The position numbers and the translations under genes are program-made. The notes under the pieces are model-generated. The model saw nothing but the letters and a program-made list of their open reading frames with translations, did no database searches and was not told the DNA's origin. A stretch of 64,000 nucleotides of DNA from a virus: positions 4,876 through 68,875 of IMG/VR virus record IMGVR_UViG_3300020185_000041. The stretch is one strand, 5' to 3'. Of this stretch, positions 57,680 to 64,000 are shown one piece after another; positions within the stretch are counted from its first letter, which is position 1, and every line of letters starts with the position of its first letter.

Positions 57680-57898
57680 ATGCAAATAACACTAACACCG
57701 AATCTAACAATGTCCGTAATAAACGGCGGCAGTAGCTACTCAGACCACAACTCAGTTGAAATAGGATTCCCAAGCAAAGAAATTCCGGAGCTAAATCCAT
57801 ACAAAGTAGGCGATGGTGATCCAAGAGAATCAGTCTACTCCGATGTACCGCTAAGCGTACTTGCACTAATAATCAACAAATACCACACACCATCATGA
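57680..57898 (+). CDS. Hypothetical early protein
   Basis: 72 aa; SVEIGFPS...VY.DVP. Confidence 0.65.
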   Translation: MQITLTPNLTMSVINGGSSYSDHNSVEIGFPSKEIPELNPYKVGDGDPRESVYSDVPLSVLALIINKYHTPS

Positions 57899-58473
57899 TC
57901 GACTATAAAAACCCGCAAAAATTCACTCGCTCAGTAGGCGAGCTCACAGAATTCTTGCTATGGACAACCGTTACTCCAGGTAAAAAATCATCAACCATAA
58001 CACCCAGATTCAACAAACTTATTGAAGAAGAGCCTGCAACTAGTGTTATACGCTCGCATGGCAATCGTATACGCTCGTTACTCAAAAAAAATGGTATCGG
58101 TCAATACGAACGCTTAATCAAATGCTGGCAAACTATCGGCTTTGGCGAGCTTGATGGCGTACGCATTCGATCAGGTGACTTCCTTCGAAATGCGACCAGA
58201 GAGCAGCTAACTATCATCCCCGGCCTAGGACTCAAAACTGCATCCTTCTACATGGTAAATACCAGACCCTGGGCAGAAGTAGCTGTTCTAGATGTACACA
58301 TACTTCGCTGGCTTGCTCGAGAATTCCCCAAATATCCAGTACCTGAACAAACGCCTCAAGATCCAGACGAATATGCTCGTCTTGAAGCTATGTTCCTAGG
58401 TGCTTCATGCAAATTCAACATGTCTCCTGCAGATCTTGACATCGAACTATGGAAAGAATCCGCAGCAGCATAA
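57895..58473 (+). CDS. HhH-GPD superfamily DNA glycosylase-like protein
   Basis: L..IPGLGLKTASF...AVLDVHILRWL...Y..LE..F. Confidence 0.82.
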   Translation: MIDYKNPQKFTRSVGELTEFLLWTTVTPGKKSSTITPRFNKLIEEEPATSVIRSHGNRIRSLLKKNGIGQYERLIKCWQTIGFGELDGVRIRSGDFLRNATREQLTIIPGLGLKTASFYMVNTRPWAEVAVLDVHILRWLAREFPKYPVPEQTPQDPDEYARLEAMFLGASCKFNMSPADLDIELWKESAAA

Positions 58474-58509
58474 ACAACAACCAAATAACTAATAAAAATC
58501 ACACACCAT

Positions 58510-58893
58510 ATGCATCGACAAAAACTACTACAACTACTCAAAAGTTTCGGATCTAAAATCTTTTGGGTGCAATATATAAAAGTAGATGGAACCTATCGTG
58601 AAGATAATGTCAGACTATCTGTACGCAAACATGTCAAGGGTAAGGGCAAGAGCCCAAGCAAACCAACCAACGACATCATTACTGCGTATAGAATGTTCAA
58701 TATATCTGGTCATGAATTCACAGGATATCGTCCATCAAATAAACAATATTTCAGCTTAAAACTGTCAAATATTGTTCAAGTAAAGTGTGGTGGGCACACT
58801 TACAAAATCGTTCCCGAACCAATCAGAGATCTTATTGATCTATCTGATTCGTTCAAAACCGTAGATGACAATGTCATCGCAATATCAGCATAA
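58510..58893 (+). CDS. Hypothetical SH3-like phage protein
   Basis: IF.V.YIK.DGT.R....R..V.K..KG pattern. Confidence 0.65.
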   Translation: MHRQKLLQLLKSFGSKIFWVQYIKVDGTYREDNVRLSVRKHVKGKGKSPSKPTNDIITAYRMFNISGHEFTGYRPSNKQYFSLKLSNIVQVKCGGHTYKIVPEPIRDLIDLSDSFKTVDDNVIAISA

Positions 58894-58917
58894 AAATAAA
58901 CACACACCATATAACAA

Positions 58918-59709
58918 ATGAAAATAAATAAATCACACGCAGTCGACTACGAGACTATCATCCAATCAGCAACGCCCCAAGCTACCAATACTTGGCGTCC
59001 TGTACCTCATTCAGATGTAATGAATACGGTTATTGAAGAAGCGTTACACCGTGATCTCAATGTTCGTGAGATCAAGTATCAACTCGTTGATGTCTATGAC
59101 AAAAAAGTACGCCAACCATATCAAGATATGTTCGCTACCATGTTCATGGAATCCAGTAATGGATCCTTCGAAAACATGCTTGGTATTCGTAACAGTCATA
59201 ACCAACGCTTCGGTGCCGCTGCCTGTTCAGGTTCCCGTGTCATCGTATGTAGTAATATGATCTTCTCTGGTGAACATATTATCAGCAGTAAACATACAAA
59301 AAATGTACACGCTAACTTTAATAACCGTGTATCAAGTATGTTCGATAATATTATCAATAACTGGACCAGTCAGGAACATAGATACGACGGTTACAAAGAT
59401 ACTACTATCAGCAATAATGAGGTATATCGAATCGTTGGTGAAGCCTGTCGTAACAACCAAGCAATACCAGCCGGTAAACTTAATAAAGTAATTGATGAGT
59501 ATGAATCACCATCTCACGACGACTTTGAACCTGGTAATGCATGGTCGTTGTTCAATGCGTTTACGGAAATATATAAGGAATGTCCAACCAGTATTGCAGA
59601 CTCTGCAAAGCGTGGCATAGCATTGCACAGTATATTCGATACTCATTGTTCAGATGCAATCGAAACTCGTCAGCCTGAAAAACTTCAAACCTTGCTAGCG
59701 TTAAATTAA
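58918..59709 (+). CDS. DUF932/DUF945-like protein
   Basis: T.TW.PVPH, GIRNSH, G.RVIVCSN.IF.G, KHT, WSLFNAFTE. Confidence 0.82.
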   Translation: MKINKSHAVDYETIIQSATPQATNTWRPVPHSDVMNTVIEEALHRDLNVREIKYQLVDVYDKKVRQPYQDMFATMFMESSNGSFENMLGIRNSHNQRFGAAACSGSRVIVCSNMIFSGEHIISSKHTKNVHANFNNRVSSMFDNIINNWTSQEHRYDGYKDTTISNNEVYRIVGEACRNNQAIPAGKLNKVIDEYESPSHDDFEPGNAWSLFNAFTEIYKECPTSIADSAKRGIALHSIFDTHCSDAIETRQPEKLQTLLALN

Positions 59710-59883
59710 CCTACGGGTTGCATTAAAGATCCTTAGCAATCGTAAAAAACATACACCTGCCGAGATCGCAGAAGCTAATAGCACTGCTGAAATCTATAAC
59801 TCGTTGCGTATCTGCCCAAAGTGCAAACAACGCATCGTTTACTACGAACAATACAAATTAGGGGGCTGTCCCCCCTGCATACA

Positions 59884-60654
59884 ATGGAAATACAAAATAA
59901 AATTACATGGAATGTAGGTAACGCAAAGTTACCAAAACGCATTATCCATCTATCATTACCGTCTGGTCATACATGTCCTGCGGCAGACAAATGTCTGTCC
60001 AGGGCTGATATGATTACGGGTAAAATCAAAGACGGTCCTAATACTGAATTCAGATGTTATGCGGCTTCAATGGAAGCTATGTATAAAAATCTGCGCAATC
60101 AGCGTTGGAGCAATCTAATCAAACTAAAAAACCAATCTCGAAAAAGAACATTCGAGATTCTTAATGCGTCACTCAAACGAGTACACGATAATTACATCAA
60201 TGATCACGGACAACGACCTTTCATTCGTGCTCATGTAGGTGGTGACTTCTTCAATAAAAGTTACTTCCTAGCATGGATGGATCTAGCAACTAAATATGCT
60301 CCTACATGGTTCTATGCGTATACCAAACGCTTAGACCTATGGACTACACTAACTGACCAAATACCTAGCAACTTCGAGCTCAATGCAAGTTATGGCGGTA
60401 AATACGATCAACTAATTGATCGATATGACCTCAAGTCTGCTCGTGTCGTATATAGTCACAAAGAAGCTGAAAAACTTGGTCTAGAAATAGATCAAGACGA
60501 CAGCCACGCATATACTCGTGGCCCCAGCTTCGCCCAACTCATTCACGGTACTCAACCAAAAGGATCGTGTGCAAGTAAAGCTCTAACCCAACTAAAAGAT
60601 CATGGATGGACAGGATATAATAAGCGTTCCAAGAGCGTGCAGAAAACGCATTGA
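59884..60654 (+). CDS. Gene product 88 (gp88)-like protein
   Basis: SLPSGHTCP...C..CYA; RAHVGGDF; FYAYTK. Confidence 0.8.
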   Translation: MEIQNKITWNVGNAKLPKRIIHLSLPSGHTCPAADKCLSRADMITGKIKDGPNTEFRCYAASMEAMYKNLRNQRWSNLIKLKNQSRKRTFEILNASLKRVHDNYINDHGQRPFIRAHVGGDFFNKSYFLAWMDLATKYAPTWFYAYTKRLDLWTTLTDQIPSNFELNASYGGKYDQLIDRYDLKSARVVYSHKEAEKLGLEIDQDDSHAYTRGPSFAQLIHGTQPKGSCASKALTQLKDHGWTGYNKRSKSVQKTH

Positions 60655-61279
60655 ATCGTTCTTTGCTACAATCGATAACGACACAGTTGATCGCTACAAA
60701 ACTGATTGGCAAACTATCATGCCTAAATCAGATCGTGAGCATATCAATCGTTATCGGTTTGCATACTGTACGGTTCATACAAGCTGGGCAAATAGCTGCG
60801 ATCAATACAATGCAATTAAGCGTACCAATGCAGATACAACATACAATTCTCTGCATCGTATGCTTAAAAACAGTCAAGGTGGCATGTATCAAATCAAAGC
60901 TACCGGTATTGATAATCTACAGTATCTATGGCGTAGACACCGCAACTTGTTCACTCCACAACCAGACAACTGGCAATCGTGGCGTAACAAACTTGCAAAA
61001 ATGCTCAAGAAACTAGGATTGGCAAAAACATCATTCGCTATCGAAATGATCAAACCGCTCGATGCACAAATAATATGTATTGATCGACACATGTTCAAAG
61101 CCTTCGGCTGGGAAGATGTCGATCGTGCTGCTTCACCCGCTCAGTACACATACTACGAAGATTACTGGAATGAATTGTCTAACTCATACGGCATACCACC
61201 AGTTATCTCCCGTAACTTGTTCTGGGATAAAATACAAAAACAAGACAGCTCAATGTATTGGGCAAAATATCTAAACTAA
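60602..61279 (+). CDS. Second HhH-GPD superfamily glycosylase-like protein
   Basis: WRNKLA..LKKLGLAKTSFAIEM..P......CIDRHM. Confidence 0.72.
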   Translation: MDGQDIISVPRACRKRIESFFATIDNDTVDRYKTDWQTIMPKSDREHINRYRFAYCTVHTSWANSCDQYNAIKRTNADTTYNSLHRMLKNSQGGMYQIKATGIDNLQYLWRRHRNLFTPQPDNWQSWRNKLAKMLKKLGLAKTSFAIEMIKPLDAQIICIDRHMFKAFGWEDVDRAASPAQYTYYEDYWNELSNSYGIPPVISRNLFWDKIQKQDSSMYWAKYLN

Positions 61280-61299
61280 TAATCAAACACACACACCAT

Positions 61300-62295
61300 A
61301 TGAAAAATATATCATACTCATTCGGAAACAGTTCCGTATTCATATTCGATCATCAAAATAACAAACCAATCGAAATTACTAACGACCGTATCAACTACAA
61401 AAGTATTCTTGATGCAATTAAAGATGACAACGAACAACAAGTTCGCGACCTCATGGACGAATCCCAAGTCCTATGCAATATGACCAACGGTCGTGTTCGT
61501 GTAACAGGTGATCAAGTCTTCTTAGACGGTAACGAGATTCATACAGCCGAAGCCAAAAAGCTTACTGATCTAATTGCAGAAGGTCATACTAATCTAGATC
61601 GCTGGTTTCGGTTCATCGAAAAACTGCATGCCAATCCAAGTTATCGTTGTCGTCAACAAGCCTATAACTTCATCACACATACTGGTATGTGCATGACTGA
61701 AGAAGGTAATCTTATTGGTTACAAAGGCGTACAAGATGACTACTACAGCAAGTATGGCAACACGCAGAACACTATCATTGAAGGCGTAGTTAACAAATCC
61801 GGTCAGATTCTAAATACTGTAGGATCTACAATCGAAATGCCACGCATGAATGTAGATGACGATCCAAACAACGGTTGCTCATCCGGTCTACATGTAGGTT
61901 CACATGACTACGCAGACAGCTGGGCATCTGGAGACGGTAAACTACTAATTGTAGAGTACAGTCCAGCTGACATTGTATCTGTGCCTAATGAATGCAACTT
62001 CGGTAAGCTTCGTGTATGCAAATACAAAGTCATTGACGAATCTACAAACCGCCAAGTTCTTAACGACGGTGCGTTCGGTCACGAAACAGACGAACTTATC
62101 GAACTATTCGACTACATAGAAGACAATGCAGAACATAACTCAATCTGGCTCAGTCAAGTTCAAGAAGAATTCCCTGAAGCAGACATTGATATGATCATGG
62201 ATGCTATCCGTAATCATAGCGAATACAGAGTGCAACTATCCTTCAATACACACCACAATGACTGGTCTATTATGCTGACCGAAAAGTCATTCTAA
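61300..62295 (+). CDS. rIIB: rIIB-like protein
   Basis: NPS......Y.F; G.LIGYKGV..DY; MPR..VDDDP...CSSGLHVGS..YA; P.D.VSVP......KLRVCKY. Confidence 0.88.
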   Translation: MKNISYSFGNSSVFIFDHQNNKPIEITNDRINYKSILDAIKDDNEQQVRDLMDESQVLCNMTNGRVRVTGDQVFLDGNEIHTAEAKKLTDLIAEGHTNLDRWFRFIEKLHANPSYRCRQQAYNFITHTGMCMTEEGNLIGYKGVQDDYYSKYGNTQNTIIEGVVNKSGQILNTVGSTIEMPRMNVDDDPNNGCSSGLHVGSHDYADSWASGDGKLLIVEYSPADIVSVPNECNFGKLRVCKYKVIDESTNRQVLNDGAFGHETDELIELFDYIEDNAEHNSIWLSQVQEEFPEADIDMIMDAIRNHSEYRVQLSFNTHHNDWSIMLTEKSF

Positions 62296-62351
62296 TCTTA
62301 TCCACACACCATATGACCTGAGCATGTCTATAATCTGCTCCTCTTATTATT

Positions 62352-64000
62352 ATGAAGCTATCAACAGATAAACAACAGTATCAAACCAACATTACTAAAG
62401 CCGCTGACTTCGGCATCGAAGAATCTGACCTATCCCACATCATGGGCATACTCAGATCTCAAATCTATTCCGACAAATTACTCGCAGTCATTCGTGAATA
62501 TTCTACCAACGCAGTAGATGCTAATATCGAAGCAGGTAAAGATGCATCCATCAATGTAAAACTACCGTCACTAAACGATTCAACACTATCATTCCGCGAT
62601 TACGGCTATGGCTTAACTGATGAAGAAGTATGCCAGCTCTATGTCAAATACGGTGCAAGTACCAAGCGTAACAGTAACGACTATACCGGTTGCCTAGGTA
62701 TCGGCTGCAAAGCTGGCTTCGCATATGGCGACAGCTTCCAAGTTATTAGTTATACAACTAATAAAATAACTACTTGGCTAGCACGCATTGATGAATCCAA
62801 GCGTGGTACAATAAGTATGCTTAACAGCACAGAAAATACTACTGGTACTACAGGTACAGAAGTTCGTGTAACTATTAGAAAACAAGACATTGATGATTGC
62901 ATAAGCAAAGCCAAAAAATTCTTCAAATACTGGCGTACAAAACCAATCATTAACTGCGAGTTACCTAAATTAGAGATCTTCGAATCAACAGATGACTGGG
63001 CAATTACCAAAGAATCTCAAAGACCTTACCACTATCGAAACCATCGCAATGCATTCGTTGTAATGGGTAACATTTGCTATCCATTAAGTGCAGACTCAGC
63101 AAACATAACCGGTAAAGGTTCAGCGTTAATTCAATGCAGTAATGTTATATTCTATGCACCTCTTGGTTCACTAGATATCGCTGCTAATCGTGAGTCTCTT
63201 GAATATACAGACAGAACACGCAATGCACTTGTTGCTATGTCTAATAATATGCTCATTGATCTAGCAACCAGACTATCAAAACTTGTTGCTAATGAACCCA
63301 GCCGTATCAATGCGAGTATCAAATCATTTCATTATGACGATGATTTACCTGGAGGTATTATACAACAGATCAAAGCTAATGCTCAGTGGCAAGGTCAAGA
63401 ACTAATATCTACTGTCTCACTGCCTAAAGGACATACAGCCGTTAGACACTTCCGTAAAAAGAAAAGCTGGCGATCAGAAGACTATGTATTCAATAAAGAT
63501 AAAGATATTAGCGGGTTCGGACTGCGTGCTAACATGACTATCTGTGTACACAATACAGATGAAATACCGTTAGCTAATGCAACTCGTAGAATTCGTACAC
63601 TTCAAGCTAACAAAGGTAACAACAATGAAGACACATTCGTGGTTATTCCAGAAGCAGCTCTCAACAATATCACACCCAAGTTAGAATATGCTGACTACAC
63701 TGATCTAATTGATATCACACCCATGCCTGCCAATCGTACTATCATCACTAAATCAGATGGTACTACAGAAACAGTAAAACCCGTGCGTATCAATGTATGC
63801 CATGTCAAACCAGCAACACTCAAATCTGAGCGCCTTACTGAAGAACAAGATCCAGTTAAATGCGACATCACTGACAAGTATGTATATGTCCCACTTGATC
63901 GCTTCGACTGGCAAGGCCATGGCGATATGCTTGAGAACTTAGGTGATCTACAAGCTGCAATTAAATTCATGTGTGTAGAAAATAAGATTCCTGTACTAAA
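62352..64000 (+). CDS. rIIA: rIIA-like protein (GHKL ATPase N-terminus), runs off the window
   Basis: IYSDKLLAVIREYSTNAVDA; RDYGYGL; YGASTKRNSN...G.LGIG.K; VMGNI.YP; LDIAANRESL.Y. Confidence 0.88.
   Translation, partial: MKLSTDKQQYQTNITKAADFGIEESDLSHIMGILRSQIYSDKLLAVIREYSTNAVDANIEAGKDASINVKLPSLNDSTLSFRDYGYGLTDEEVCQLYVKYGASTKRNSNDYTGCLGIGCKAGFAYGDSFQVISYTTNKITTWLARIDESKRGTISMLNSTENTTGTTGTEVRVTIRKQDIDDCISKAKKFFKYWRTKPIINCELPKLEIFESTDDWAITKESQRPYHYRNHRNAFVVMGNICYPLSADSANITGKGSALIQCSNVIFYAPLGSLDIAANRESLEYTDRTRNALVAMSNNMLIDLATRLSKLVANEPSRINASIKSFHYDDDLPGGIIQQIKANAQWQGQELISTVSLPKGHTAVRHFRKKKSWRSEDYVFNKDKDISGFGLRANMTICVHNTDEIPLANATRRIRTLQANKGNNNEDTFVVIPEAALNNITPKLEYADYTDLIDITPMPANRTIITKSDGTTETVKPVRINVCHVKPATLKSERLTEEQDPVKCDITDKYVYVPLDRFDWQGHGDMLENLGDLQAAIKFMCVENKIPVL

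Noticed and set aside
1-64000. Alternative genetic code (stop reassignment)
   Set aside because: Long genes are intact under the standard code, TAA, TAG and TGA all end genes, and no suppressor tRNA is present

Overview
This 64 kb window is most of a temperate, podovirus-like dsDNA phage genome with no host genes. The morphogenesis module (+ strand, 1-40.6 kb) has the terminase large subunit, a repeat protein, a 3546-aa polyvalent ejection protein, portal, LamG/fibre proteins, scaffold, major capsid protein, adaptor and a split nozzle-like gene. A tyrosine integrase follows, next to an attP carrying the 5' half of tRNA-Leu(CAA). The replication module (- strand) has a primase-helicase, dNMP kinase, PolA, putative SSB, a split Cas4-like nuclease, two tRNAs, an SNF2-like helicase and RuvC. 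Then come a ribbon-helix-helix (RHH) switch, a probable origin, and an A/C-rich early region (HNH, two HhH glycosylases, DUF932, gp88-like, rIIB, rIIA). The main candidate novel system is a stand-alone fibronectin-III-like protein lacking its A strand, encoded alongside virion proteins that carry about 30 copies of an FnIII A-strand-like peptide (P-x-x-GP-T-N/G-L-x-A). This suggests donor-strand complementation in trans to build decorated fibres. Also notable are a palindromic promoter motif fixed 42-43 nt before start codons (leaderless mRNAs), a CACACACCAT start-proximal motif with CUGCAA hairpins, and a repeat-flanked ADP-ribosyltransferase cassette. All product calls come from motif recognition by eye; no database searches were run.
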